Both the position numbers and the translations under genes were made by a program. Of a stretch of DNA of 64,000 bases, positions 38,687-52,504 are shown one piece after another. Source of the DNA: Octopus vulgaris (taxonomy: Eukaryota); the NCBI GenBank assembly GCA_951406725.2, contig OX597815.1, forward strand, positions 76,570,001 through 76,634,000, read 5' to 3'. The notes under the pieces are model-generated. The model was given only the letters and a program-made list of their open reading frames with translations. It was not told the origin of the DNA and did not search any database. Each line of letters starts with the position of its first letter. The stretch's first letter is position 1.

Positions 38687-41600
38687 CATACATACATACA
38701 TACGTACATACATACTTACATGATGGCTGCCCCCTCGTTATCAAGTATGGCCATTGCACGAAGCTTAACTGTCAACGGTGCTGTGATCGAATGTGACTTC
38801 TTAGCCCAGCTAAAGGTCTACAATGTCTTGGACAGAATTGGCAGCTAAAATCTTTACTAGCAATAGCCGGCTGTAATTGTAATTGGGCTTTATGTACCTT
38901 TGCATGACGTTTAAGTCCTCCCACTGAATCCCACACCCTTCCACATGCCCGACAGACATGATTAGTATGGTGTGTAGCACCACCACCAGCGGCCTGGTAG
39001 TCAATCATCGGTCTAGCTTTATGACTACGAAGATGACTCATGAGCCCAGCTTACCGTCTGGAAGTGCAACAGCAATGCCATTCCTGACATCCCTCCTTAC
39101 TTTCTTATGCGCAACTCGAGATTTCTCAAAAGTAGCTGTCCCCTCATACACAACCCTTCTCCACCTGTTACGGTCAATAGCTATTCCCTCCCATGTGTCA
39201 GGAGAGATGCTAGCATCTTTTAAGGAAGCCTTCAGCTAGTCTTTTTTTGGTTTATGGGGAGGTCGTTCTACTTAAGCTAACTCTCCATAAAAGAGTTGTT
39301 TTGGCATCCTTGAATCTTTCATTCTGACCAGATGACCACTCCATCCGAGCCTTTTCTTCAACACAAGAGATTCTATACTTTCACACTGAGAGCCTTCCAA
39401 TATCTCAAGATCACTGATGCGGTCCTCCCAATTAATGCCATAGATCCGTCTGAGACACATCTGATGGAAACGTTCCAGCTGTTAAAGGTGGATCGATATG
39501 TGACCCAGGTGTTGCAGGCATAAAGAAGAGAGCACACACGCCTCGTATACCTTTAGCTTCGTCTTCCTGCATATGTCTCGCCGACTCCAGAGGTGCCTTT
39601 CTAGCCTTCCGAAAGCATCACTTGCTTTCCTAATTGTGTATGGAATTTCACTATTCAAATTGCTATATCTATGAACAGTGCTTCCCAGGTAGACAAACTG
39701 ATCAACTACACCAAATCGTTTACCATACACATAGATATTTGGTTCACTATACTGCTTACCAGGGTCAGATTGGTACATGACAACAGTTTTCTTGAGACTG
39801 ACCGTCAATCCTAAGGCAGTACAAGCATCGGAGAATGCATTCAAAATGTGTTGAATATCAGTCTCTTCTGTGTGTGCTACTAGATCACAATCATCTTCAT
39901 ACAAAAGGTCTCTTTGTTTTTGCAGCAAAGCGCTTGATATTAAATATGCTGCCAGAGGTTCGATAATGGATGTAAACACTATATCTGCAATTTTTGAACG
40001 CAATACAGAAAACCATCGCAAAATATATGGCAAATAGGGTCGGTGCCAAAATATCCCCCTGTTTTTTTTTTTTTATTGAGATGGGCTCCGACATTTTACC
40101 TCTAACATTAACCCTACCCTTCATGTCTTCATGAAAAGACCTAACCAAAGCAAGGAACTTTTTAGGACAACCAAGTTTCTGGAGGACTTTCCACAGTGCA
40201 TTTCTATTAACAGTATCGAAGGCTTTTGTCAGATCGACAAAAATCTGATAGAAATCTAGACCCTGTTCGACACGCTTCTCCTGAAGCTGTCTAGCTGAGA
40301 AGATCACATCATCGGAGCCGCGTCCCACACGAAAGCCAGATTGACTGTCTGGAAGATCACATCTGTAATGTGTTTCAGCAGACGATCCAGAAGTACCCTG
40401 CATAAAAACCTTGCCTACGACAGAAAGCAATGATATTCCCTTATATAAGACCACGATTACTGTATCTCTCCAGTCCTTAGGTACAGATTCACTAGCCGAT
40501 ATCCTGCCAAACGAGGAGTGAAGTTGCTGCAGAAGTTTCTCACCGCCTTGCTGTAACAACTGCATGTACGCCATCCATACCCGGAGACCTCCCATTATTC
40601 ATCCTTGAGACAACCACCGCGACTTCCTCCAACATTGGTGGTTCCGCGAGAGTCGCCTTCACAGGTAACTCAGGGATGAGATTGAGAATATCCTCACTAA
40701 CTACAGACTGCTGATTCAAAAGTTCATCAAAGTGTTTTCGCCACCTTCGCAGAATTTCTTGTGAATCTCTAAGAAGTTCTTTACCATCCCTTTTTCGAAA
40801 TGGTGTCATCAGAGAAAATGTCGGTCCATAAACTTCTCGCAAGAGACCATATAACAGCTTTGTGTTATTGGAATCCGACGCCGCCTGTATCTCATCAGCC
40901 TTCTTACTCCACCACGTATCCCTCATCTGAGAGAGTCTCCGCTTCACACGTGATTTCACATCCTTGAGATGCAGCACATCTCTCTCTTGTGGCTTTGCTG
41001 ACAAAGAGCGTGACAAAGTACGTCTTTTATCAGCCAATGAATCATCTATTTGTTTATCATTTTCTTTAAACCAATATTGATGCTTTCTTTGTATCAATCC
41101 CAGAACTTTCTTGCCTATATCATAAACTGACTTTTTAAGGGTCGGTCAATCCTCACCAATATCTGCAACATTCATTTCCTTTCGTAAAGTTCTCTTTACA
41201 CTATTACACCTAAGATGATCAACATTCAGTCTTTTAGGCAGTTTAATACTTGCAGCCCGGATTTTACGTTTTGTGACTAATTTCACTGTTGTACGTACTA
41301 GGCGGTGGTCAGTCCAGCACTCAGCCCTACGAAGAACACGAACACACTGCACATCTCATCTGTCACGCACCCTAACAAGGTTGTAATCCAGAATATGCCA
41401 TTCTTTAGATGTAGGGTGCATCCATATGGTCTTAAACTTATCCTTTTGTTGAAACATGGTATTGGTAACACACAGACGCAGCTCCTCGCACATCTGCAGC
41501 AGAAGCATACCATTACTATTACACTTTCCCACCCTATGCTTTCCAATTACAGTCCATGTGTTAAAATCCCTACCCACTAGTATGATGACTTTGTCTGCCC

Positions 41601-41695
41601 GAAGGATATTTCTTATAATGCCCTTCAAAGCATGATAGAAAGAAACTTTTTCGTCATCAGTAGATCACATAGTTGGAGCATACACACTCACCACG
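38687..41695 (-). mobile_element. RTE-clade LINE, 5'-truncated and decayed (APE, RT, C-terminal C2H2 fingers)
   Basis: NSNGMLLL, TIWMHPTSKEWHILDY, ECWTDHRLV (APE); QSGFRVGRG, FVDLTKAFDTVNR, QGDILAPTLF, LLYEDD (YADD equivalent), FVYLGS, WSGHLVRMKDSRMPKQLFYGEL. (CATA)n tail on the plus strand at 38687-38720. Confidence 0.95.
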
Positions 41696-41984
41696 GGTCT
41701 CTATAAAGTGAAATTTTCAGTCACTTTCTCTGCTAACTCATCAAATTCAACTTCCTGAAACATGAGTTTTGAGATTTAAATTTGGTAATTCTTGTGTATA
41801 AGAGGCCCACCGAATTGAAATGCCCCAGGCCTTCCTTGGTTTAAATCCGGTCCTGGGTACAACCCGTTACAATAGGTGCTTTGATCACATGGAATATTAA
41901 AGTTTTAAAGAATGTTTTCTGTTGAATTTTCACGAATCGTAACGTGGGATATAGAGATTTCTTAAATTTGACGTATTAAAATAT

Positions 41985-42340
41985 CCCTTTCTACTATAGG
42001 TACAATGACTGAGATTTTGGGCAATGGGCTAGTCGATTATATCGACCTCAGTGCATAACTGGTACTTTATTTTACCAACCCCGAATGGATGAAAGGCAAA
42101 ATCAATCTCGGTGGAATTAAAACCCAGAATGTGAAGCCTGAAGAAATGCCACAAAACATTTTGTCTGGCGTGCTAGTGATCCTGCCAGCTCGCCACCATA
42201 TTGCATTAAAATAATGGTTTCAAATTTTGACAGGGACAGTAGTTTTTGAGGAGAGGTGTTAGTCGATTACATCGACCCCAGTACTTGACTGGTAATTACT
42301 TTATCGACTCCTGAAAGGTTGAAAAGCAAAGTCGACCAAA
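41985..42340 (-). mobile_element. Two SINE family A copies
   Basis: Reverse-complement cores agtcgattatatcgacctcag...gatgaaaggcaaa. Confidence 0.8.
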
Positions 42341-42571
42341 GGGGGCTTACCCATAGATTAGTGAATCTTACCTTCCAATTTTCTATAATTTATACTTGCA
42401 AGTTAGTTTGCAATGTTGTGTTGAGGAAACAGAATTAATTTGCTTCTGGCTGATCTGAACAGAGCAAATGAAGCGATACCTAGAAAAAATTGCAATGCAT
42501 TGATCTATGCATCTAGTTTATCACATGTGACTCTCGGAGTATCAACAGTGGAAAATGTCGCCTTTCAGTAA

Positions 42572-42624
<53 letters not shown>

Positions 42625-42626
<2 letters not shown>

Positions 42627-42750
42627 AAAAAATACAAACTGGGACAAGAACGCAAAACATTTAGAAGACGATACAAAAAACACGGACGGGGCATTCGAAG
42701 CTTTCAATCTTCAGTCAAGAACCGGATCATCCTCGCAATTTCGGCTGATT
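42625..42750. mobile_element. Interspersed repeat inside (TA)n; second copy at 49540-49790
   Basis: aatacaaa-tgggacaagaacgcaaaacat...cacggacgg...attcgaagc...atcttcagtca...ggatcatcctcgcaatttcgg is shared by both copies. Confidence 0.75.
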
Positions 42751-42755
42751 ATATA

Positions 42756-42800
<45 letters not shown>

Positions 42801-43311
42801 TTATTGTGGCACTCCGTCGGTTACAACAAAAGGTGAGAGAAAGTGGTGGTGAAAGAGTTCAGCTCTGCTTAGCTTTTTCCCAGACAGCCAATTTCTATTC
42901 GTAACAGAGTAGGAAATATTGAGTGAAAGGTTTGAATTTACACCTAATATATTATCTTCTTAACTGTTTCATGTCTGTTGATTCTCATGCTAAACTATTT
43001 TAGGATTCTTTTATAAAATATATATTTATATGCATATAAAACATTTATAGTAAATTATTCTCGAAAAGAACAACAAAAATAGTTTTCGTAACTATAGTTA
43101 TTTATAGTTACCAAACTGGTTTTTCGTTTTCTTCCAGAATAATTTCCCAGCTATGTATTTTGTGAAAAATAAAAATAACACGTTATTTTTGTTTTTATGA
43201 CTTTGAGGTAACTAGTCATATTAAAACGTGATCATGAATGCATTTGTTTCAATATCTCTCATATGGTAGCAGAAACACACACAGCAAGTTCTGTAAAAAA
43301 AAAAAAAACGA

Positions 43312-43850
43312 TTCTTTTTTCTATAGGTACAAGGCCTGAAATTTGTGGGGAGGGCTTAATTCGATTACTTAATTTATGGACCCCGAAAGGATGAAAGGGC
43401 AAGTCAAGCTCGGCGAAATTTGAACTCAGAACGTAGTGAGGGGCGGAATACCACTAAGCTCGCTGCCTTAATAATAATAATTACAGTTTCAAATTTTTGC
43501 CACAAGGGCAGCTTGGTGGAGGTGGGGAAGAGACGATTATATCGATCCCAGTGTTCAACTGATACTTATTTTATCAACCTTGAAAGGATGAAAGGTAAAG
43601 TCGAATTTGGCGGAATTTGAACTCAGAGCATAGCGACGGGCGAAATACCTATTTCTTTACTACCCACATGAGGCTAAACACAGAGAGGACAAACAAGGAC
43701 AGACAAACGGATGAAGTCTATTGCATCGACCCCAGTGCGTAACTGGTACTTATTTAATCTGGTACTTATTTTGAACACAGAACGTAGCGGCAGACGAAAT
43801 ACTGCTAAGCATTTCGCCCGGCGTGCTAACGATTCTGCCAGCTCGCGGCC
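43312..43850 (-). mobile_element. SINE family A cluster including a dimer
   Basis: Reverse-complement cores; intact head at about 43780-43850. Confidence 0.85.
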
Positions 43851-45070
43851 TAAATATTGGACCCCTAAAGACACACTAAACAGAATTGAATATTTCCATC
43901 GATTTAGATGTTTCCTTAGAAGTACACAAGTTATTCTTTCTTGTTCTTAGTCTTTGGAAGATATGCAGTTAATTTTTAAGAGGTCGAATCATTTCAGAGA
44001 GAATTTCAATGACAGGGATTTCTTGGGGGTTGTGTTGAATTTTGATCTACACGCATCAATGTTCTAATGTCTTAGATCTTAATGGATTGACCATTTGTCT
44101 AATGATTCACGTGTGAGATTTCTGACTTTGTACTCGGCACAGCAAAATGTTGAAGCATTTGTAGAAAAGTACATTTATAAGAAATTATTCTTGAAGAGGA
44201 TTCCATCCTCTGTAATCCTCTGTACAAAGACTGAAAAAAAGAAAAATGGACTTAATTTCAGAAAGAGCAGAGTGAATAAAATTTATATAAATGAAATAAC
44301 TGGTAGTTGTACAAATGTCAATACTATTGCGTTTTTTCAAAGGTATGAAATAAAGAAATGAAAATTAGTATATGATATATCTATTCAATCTTAATACGTT
44401 CTGGTAAGTTTGGACGGGAATATCTGAGCGCTCAGGCATCACGTCTACTATGAACATACATCAAGGTGGTCTGTGGTGGCGAGAAATAACAGCGATAACG
44501 CCTTTACGTTCGAATCTTCCAGAACATATTAACAATGAATAGAAACATTATTTGTTGATTCCTATAAATGAGAGTTCGTGTTCTAGTGAAATTCATCGGT
44601 CCAACTGTGGGATAACTTCAACCGAGGAGACGCTCAGCGAGGTCGAACCAGAAGATCTAAACTTCTTTTATATATTCTAACACCTTCTCTTCTCTATTTT
44701 TATCAAAATTGTTGAGTTTTATTGGATTTTTCCCCGTAAATTTGCAATACACCATATACAAGTATTATTTTCATATTCGCAATCTTACGCCAGTAAGCTA
44801 CCAGAAAATATGAAGAATCTATATTAGAAATCTGTTTTTGGAAACCTCCAAATTAAAGGACTAATCTAATTCAACCATTTTACACATATATTACTATTAC
44901 CATTATATATATATGTTTAAATATATATATATATATATATATAAGTTCAGCAAAAATTTAGATTCGAATGAATATGGTACTTAATTTAGATGCACCAGAA
45001 TTTTGTATGGTGTTATCCATAAAAATTTGTGGGGTGATTATAATCAAAATAAGCAACAAGAATGACTCCG

Positions 45071-45154
45071 GTAATTTGGTACGATCGTTTCGTACTACAT
45101 CATTTTATTAAATGTTGTAAGATTTAAGATGCTGAGTACTCATCAGCCAATTAT
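45071..45154 (-). ncRNA. Type I hammerhead ribozyme with intact catalytic core
   Basis: Reverse complement ataattgg-CTGATGA-GTAC[tcagcatc...gatgta]GTAC-GAAA-CGATCG-TA^ccaaattac. Helix I ttgg/ccaa plus extension, helix II GTAC/GTAC plus catc/gatg, palindromic helix III. Predicted cleavage between 45080 and 45079. Confidence 0.8.
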
Positions 45155-47463
45155 AGAGGTTTTCCATAAATACAAAAGTTTTCAAATCAAGTGGCAACAT
45201 TATAGAGAAGGTAGATATACTGACAAAGATGTAGATTTAAATTTTAAGAACATATGAGGTAGTGAAGTCCTTCCACTGACTGACCAAGATATGGCTGTTC
45301 CTAACTACTATAAGGTTAGAAGTAATATATACACACATATATATGTATACATACATACATACACATACATACCTCACTTTACGGGGACACACTTTACGAG
45401 ACCTCGGGTTTACGAGTTTTATTTTATAATAAATATGAATTTTGAACGAATTGCAAAAGTCTCTACTAAGGTTACAAAGAATAAGTTCTGGGATGGATTT
45501 GTTAGACTAAAGGTGGTGCTCAGCATGGCCGCAGTCAAATGACTGAAACAAATAAAAGAATAAAAGAATATATAAATATATTTATATATGCATACACACG
45601 CATATGCAGTCAAAAAAATGGTTTTGTAACTATTTTGTAACTGCTTTTCCTTCTACCTCTTAGAATATTTTCTTTATTTATATTTCACTTTCTTAAACTT
45701 ATTTTAGAGTTTGTTGACATTTAGTTTTAATAAATAATGCTTTTAAGGTGACTTGTGATTTCATATTTTGTTCGCTTCATTGTTTCTATTTGTCAGAATT
45801 AGTCATAATTCTTTGGTATGTTTTAGTTTGGTTATATTCATTTAAATGTCATGGGAGAATTTATTCTGGCTATTAATTCCTTTCCCTGTGGCGATTGGTA
45901 ATTCGAACATAATTAAAAATCCTACTGTAGATGAATCGACTGCGATTTCCTTGTTTACAAATATTTCTTTCTATTCTTGGTAGAAGGTCAACATTTTGAG
46001 GAGAGGGTCTAATCGAAGGCCGAACTCGGCGAAATTTGAACTCAGAACGTAAAGGACCGGAAGAAATGCTGCTAAACATTTTTGTCCAATACATTAATGA
46101 TTCTGCCAGCTCACCATCTTCTTTACATGTATTAAGCAGGAATATATTTGGCAGTCTACATTGAAAATCAATATGGCATTTCTACAAAGTAAAACTTATG
46201 CCAGATTTTCATTACAGCGAAGAACCCATTACATGCACATTAACTGCATAATTCTTTTGATTAAAATAAGGTCTAACAGTATCGCTTGCCATAAAATTTA
46301 TACAAAACTAAATAATTTAGTTTGTTGCTAGGAGAAGAGATAAAAAGTTTTGTTAGAACTCCGCATTTGAATTCTTTTTCTTGATTTTATTAAAATATTG
46401 TTGGCTATTACAAATTCGGCGCAACTAGTTACCACAGTCTCTACTGTTTTTAATTTACGGTTTATAGTGTCATTCTTGGTTGTAACATCTTTTCTCCCGT
46501 GTCTTCCCTACTAACCCAACTATCGAAACGTTCTAATTCATTTAGAATGATATTGAGTCTCATAGATGGATATTCCTATGTTCATATTTTGTGCATTGTG
46601 TTTCTACTTTAGAAAAAGTATTGCAATCTTTTTTATGCATTTGATAATTTGGGGAAGAGCAGATTAGAGAGGGGTTGTAGTACAGCATTAAATGCAAAGG
46701 GCAGTTTGATACTTCTGTGATGTTAAGACAGAATTACATCGAACCATATCCGTCCTTAATGTAAGCAATATCTCAGATGACCATTATACAAGAGGAAAAG
46801 CGATAAAAGCCACAACATCAATAAGGATAAGGAGAGTCACAACAAGTCATAGCAAGAGCCACAACAGCAACACAAAGGTGCAAATTTCTTCTCACATTGA
46901 CACAAAGACACACATTTGTAGAGTAAGGATATCCTTGATGGAATCGACCCTATTACATGTCTGGTAATATTTTTTCGGTCATAGAAGGATGAGAGTTGAA
47001 ATAAGTTTTTTTTTCAAATGTTCGTGCCATCTGTCTTGTATAACACTTCGATTAGAGGCAGATCTCCATCTGCAGATTTAAATTGGTATCATTTCCATCC
47101 TGTTTGTAACTCAAAGATATTTCAAAGAAATTCAAAGAACTCTATTGATTGATTCCGGTCTGTATGGATTTGTAATTCTTTAGCTTTGTCAATTCACCAT
47201 CGGCAATCACTTTCATTCAGTCAGTCGTGTCTGTGTTTATGAAGCAAGCCATGGCTTTGTTTTGGAGTATCAAATACCACTAATTTAAGACTACCTCACG
47301 GCTCTTCGATCTAATCGCTGATCAAAAGATGTTTGCTTAAAGTGGTATGTTAAATGGGATTGTGAGAGAGTTTAGCACTTAATTTCTTCTTTTCGAAATT
47401 ATGTTGGGGTTTCTGGGGGTTATTTTATCACATTTTTCATTTCGTTAGTACCATTCTGTGATT

Positions 47464-47717
47464 TGTGAAAGCGTGTGGCCTAGTGGTCAGGATGTTGCAC
47501 TCACAATCGAAAGATTGTAGTTTCGATTCCCGGACCGGAAATGAGCTAAGCATTTCATTTCACGTTGCCGCTGTACACTCAACTGTAAATGAGTAACTCT
47601 AAGAATGACTGATGTCCTGTTCAGGGGAGATGTTGTGATCTCGGTCATTTGTTTATCATGGAAACTGGGTAACTTGTCCTATGAGTCTTAGGACACAAAA
47701 CAGTAATGTTCAGTGCT

Positions 47718-47746
<29 letters not shown>
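47464..47746 (+). mobile_element. tRNA-derived SINE with (GAT)n tail
   Basis: A box tggcctagtgg, B box gtttcgattcc. 11-bp TSD attctgtgatt (47453-47463, 47747-47757). Confidence 0.85.
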
Positions 47747-47749
<3 letters not shown>

Positions 47750-48557
47750 CTGTGATTAGGCTAACAGTCATCAACGCTAGCGACTGTTTACAAATGTAAA
47801 ATATATATAATTATATGATTGGAAATACCCGCTAGTATACTTGATGTAGTAAACAAAGAAATTCAGACTAATTAAATTTACACTGAGTGATGAGAACAAT
47901 CGTCTAAATGACTTATTCAGTAAAAAGAGCCAGGAAAGACAGCCGCCAAATGTTGATTAAAATTAAGTGAATAAATTTGGAAGCAACGGGAAGTGAGTTC
48001 GTTCACTGTCAATACAGTGACCACTCTTGGCATATTTCGGCCACCAGCATACACAACTTATGTAGTTAGAAGACGCACGGTTCGATTCCAACCACCGGAT
48101 ATAGTGCAGAATGGTGATGTTGCTTAAAAGGTCTGGTGGAGGTACATATAACAATTTGTTCAGTTTATATGGAGAGATTTCGAGTGAGCTGTGCTGGAAA
48201 CCTGGTAACCATGTAATAACTAAACCACACAGTATCTTCTGTGTTTGCGTGCGTGTGTGTATGTGTGTGTGTGTGTGAATCGTAGGCTTTCCAGTGTATG
48301 AAAGTGTGTCCAGAGAAACCGAGATCACCTTTGACCTTCGCCCTTCCTAGATTGGAGAAATGAGCTCCAGTCAAGTACCGATATTCTGTTTAATCAACAG
48401 TTTATAATAAGTACATTAAACAAAAATAAACCTGCATTCTGAGTTCAAATCACATCGAATTCCACATCAGTTTTCAAACGTTGTTAGTTGAAAACAGGGG
48501 AAGATTAGTCTGTGTTTCTACCAGAAATTATTATTTTAGTATTACTGTCATCTTTTC

Positions 48558-48748
48558 AGGCGAAGAGCTGGCAGAATCGTTACTGCACCGATCGCCCGAT
48601 GTTACATTCTGAGTTCAAATTACGTCGAGGTCAACCTTGCCTTTCATCCTTTCGGGTTCGATAAAATGAGTTATCAGTTGAGCACTGAGAATCGTGTAAT
48701 CGAATAGCCCCTTTCCTCAAATTTCAGACTTTGTGCCTATAGTAGAAA
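48558..48748 (+). mobile_element. SINE family A copy
   Basis: ggcgaagagctggcagaatcg...gagttcaaatt...gcctttcatcctttcggg. Confidence 0.85.
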
Positions 48749-48785
48749 TGATCATTACATCTTCATCAAAGTTTCGTCGACGTTG

Positions 48786-48887
48786 TTATCATCATCATCA
48801 TCATCGGTATTTATAGCAGCATTAATTGTACAAGTAGTACTAGTAGTAAATAGCAGTAGTTGTAGCAGCAGCATTATATGTAATAGT

Positions 48888-48919
<32 letters not shown>

Positions 48920-49070
48920 TCGTCGTAGTAGTAGTAGTAGTAGTAGTAACATTAGTAGTAGTAATAACAGCAACAGCAGTAGTGGTTGTAGTAGCCGTAC
49001 TAGTTGAAGTAATAGTAGCAGCGACAGCAGCGGTAATATTAGTAGTAGTAGTAGTAGTAGTAGTAGTAGG
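48786..49070. repeat. Compound trinucleotide repeats (TCA)n, (CGT)n, (AGT)n
   Basis: Directly visible. Confidence 0.9.
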
Positions 49071-49509
49071 TTATTACCTAGTGCGACTAACACAGTTTTT
49101 CCCCGTTCCAGTTGAGAAAACTGTGAACAGAAGTCGGTTTGTGTTGTCACAAATACCACCACAGCAGGCTAAATACGACGAGACTTTATCCTTTTCTCCC
49201 ACCTCTTCTTTCGACATTTAACCGGCTCCATTTAAAACTATTATGTAATTCACACAATTTACAATAACCTCTTGTTAAACATATGTGCTTTCTGTTCGGG
49301 TTTTTGAAAAGATGCATTTTGTTTTTGTGGGATATCTTAAAAATTTTGTTCTATCTGTGTGTATCGCCCACACCTTTTTCTATCTGCTACTTCTGTTTCA
49401 TTCTTCTACATATATTTATGTATGTGTGTGTGTGTGTTGTGTGTATCAGCTTCATATACTGGATAATATATGTATGTATCTCTGTTTGTGTGTGTGTGTT
49501 TGTGTTTGC

Positions 49510-49544
<35 letters not shown>

Positions 49545-50062
49545 CAAAATGGGACAAGAACGCAAAACATCCAGATAGACGATACAAAAAACACGGACGG
49601 GTCATTCGAAGCCTTTAATCTTCAGTCACGAAACGGATCATCCTCGCAATTTCGGTTCATTTATTTTGAGATTGCTCCAATCTAGCCAGCCCCAAGGAAA
49701 AACCAAGCTAAGAGCATTAGATTCCTTGGAAAAAAGCTTCGAATGTATACGAAACAAGGACGGAAAAACGGACGATGTTACACGAATATATATATATATC
49801 GTTGGCGTTCAAAGATAGAATGTCTGTTATGTCTACGGGATGTGTGGTTTCTTGTCCTACGACATTTTCTGTCCGAAAAGGTTTTTCAGTACAATATTTA
49901 CATGGTGTTTATTCAAAGATTTATATTTGCTTCGAGATCCACTACTCCTAAAAAGAATTAGATATACTTGCTCTTTTTAGAAAAGCATACATATAATAAC
50001 AGAAAATAACTTTATTAATGAAAACTTTTGTACATATAAGCTAGATTATCTTCTCTGTAATC

Positions 50063-50829
50063 TTATTCAATGTTGCCACCTTCAGCATCAATAACTGCTT
50101 CTATGCGAGATCTGAATCATCTACATACTCGAGTCAAATGCTCCTAGATCATATTGGACATTACTCTTATTATAGCGGCTTTCAAGGAATCCTTGGCTTC
50201 ATGGGGATGTTGGTTGATCTCTCTCTCAACAACGCTCCACACATAGTAGTCCAATGGATTGAAATCTGGTGAGTTTGGAAGCCAAATGTTAGGGGTTATG
50301 TGGTAAGGAAAATTGTCACCCATCCGTTCCTGGGTTACTTGAGCCTTATGTGACGGCGCAGAGTCCTACTGAAGCACGTACGACTTTCCATTGCATACTC
50401 TGTTTCCAGGACCTCAATGTAACCAGCAGAGTTAACTCTAAGGCCTTCTGGAAAGAAGTGAGGAGGCATCACATTGTCCTTCATTAGAGACAACTCCAAA
50501 AGCCAAATTTTGTGTGCATGATTGTTGGAACTTCAGAAGGGCCTGAACATAACCATTTGTCAATTTTTCTGTTAATCTTCTGGTCCTGGTCAGAGTTTTT
50601 CTCATCTGAAAAAAGAAAAAAAAAACAACAAGAAATCATTTCATGTTCTGTGTTTTTAACTATGTTTAATAGCCTTTTTGATCTGAACAAACAAATTTCC
50701 TTTTTTTTTGACATGGATTGACCTCTCATCACGTAAAACTTGTGCCAGATGTCTTCGTGCACGACATTTCTGATTCTCCTTTCTGATACATGGAGGTCTT
50801 TTGCAATTAACCTCATGGATTTTTTTGTC

Positions 50830-50830
<1 letters not shown>
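50063..50830 (-). pseudogene. DD37D (maT) Tc1/mariner transposase relic
   Basis: SMRLIAKDLHVSERRIRNVVHED, FSDEK, and DSAPSH...WLPNSPDFNPLDYYVW with 37 residues between the second and third D. Confidence 0.88.
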
Positions 50831-50869
<39 letters not shown>

Positions 50870-50937
50870 AATAAAACATATGCATATATACATACATATA
50901 TGTACGTACCTACCTCTACATGTATATATACATGCAT

Positions 50938-51215
50938 ATGTGGGTACAGGACACCAAAAAAAAAAACGTCGAACACAATGAGAAACGAAAACATAAACAC
51001 AAAACCAAGGAACTGGAGATTTTTCTTAAACAACGAAAAAATAGAGTATTTTCTGTTGCTCCATTTTTACCCCTCCGCAAAAAGATCCCAAATTTTATTT
51101 AATTTGCTTTTCGCGGGAAGGAAAGTTTCAATCGATGATGCGTACCGCCTTCACCTTCGAAACGCAGAGTAGATGAAACCAGGGCGACTGAAGAAAGGGA
51201 ATTTTCCTTGTGTTA
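50938..51215. mobile_element. Penelope pseudo-LTR-like fragment with internal inversion and a degenerate hammerhead
   Basis: gtttcaatc-GATGA...ccttc-GAAAC-gcaga-GTA-gatgaaac (helix I gtttcatc/gatgaaac). End shared with 32370. Confidence 0.45.
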
Positions 51216-51219
51216 TTTT

Positions 51220-51604
51220 TTACTCTTTTACTTGTTTCAGTCATTTGACTGCGGCCATGCTGGAGCACCGCCTTTAGTCGAGCAAATCGACACCGGGACT
51301 TATTCTTTGTAAGCCCAGTACTTATTCTATCGGTCTCTTTTTTGCCGAACCGCTAAGTGACGGGGACGTAAACACACCAGCATCGCTTGTCAAGCAATGC
51401 TAGGGGGACAAACACAGACATATATTTATATATACATATATACGACAGGCTTCTTTCAGTTTCCGTCTACCAAATCTACTCACAAGGCATTGGTCGGCCC
51501 GGGGCTATAGCAGAAGACACTTGCCCAAGATGCCACGCAGTGGGACTGAACCCGGAACCATGTGGTTGGTTAGCAAGCTACTTGCCACACAGCCACTCCT
51601 GCGC

Positions 51605-51605
<1 letters not shown>
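51220..51605 (-). mobile_element. Full-length SINE family B
   Basis: Near-identical to 15832-16301 apart from the internal microsatellite. Confidence 0.92.
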
Positions 51606-51647
<42 letters not shown>

Positions 51648-52504
51648 TCGAGGAAGCCATAGGATGTTGGACAAGTGCCCTGCTCTCGTTACACTGCTAC
51701 TTATACCATAAAAAGCAGTAAGCTAATGAAGTTGATTATGAATTGCTGTTCTTGTGTCATTCATCGACTAATATTATGTTCTATGCTCTCCTGAAAATTT
51801 ACTTTAATATATAAAAGCATATTGAGTTCTAACAATTATTTTTAGTATCGATACGCCTAAGTAACATAATATATGCATACGTAGATACATATAAGTACAA
51901 ATGACATACGTACATACACACAGGCACACACGCACTCACACAACACCCACAAGCATATAAATCTGTTTGACTCTACCCTACACTGCCTAAATTTTCGTGG
52001 GCATGCGATACGTCAACCTCATCAGATATTCTAAAACATGTGGATGAGTGGTAAGATGTTTGCCTCTCAACCACACGGTATCGAGTTCAGTCTGGGCAAA
52101 TCGCTTCTGCTATAGTGCCGCGACAACCAAAAACTTTTAATCACATCAAACGCAGACTTGAGCAATTTCTCCGCACCTTTTGTCTGTGCTCTTTCGTTGC
52201 ATTATGTAAATCTATAAAACTTGGTTTTATAATTTGTTTCCCTGCGACAGAAATGAATACAAGATATATATAACGTAGTATACAGTATAGTGAAGATAAA
52301 GTGCCAAGTTATCAGTTTATATGTAATCATATCATAATAATGGTCTCTAATCTAGGTACAAGAGCAGCAATTTTGAGGGACGGTGTTAGTCGATACTCCA
52401 GTACTTGACTGATTCTTTATTTTATTGACCTCAGAGGAATGAAATATACAATTGATCTTGGAGGGATTTGAACGTTAAAAAGCTAGAGCAAATACCGAGA
52501 CACT

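Noticed and set aside
47464-47535. tRNA gene
   Set aside because: It is a SINE head with body, (GAT)n tail and TSD, and has no proper cloverleaf.
48783-49221. Ser/Arg- or Leu/Val-rich ORFs
   Set aside because: Products of trinucleotide repeats.
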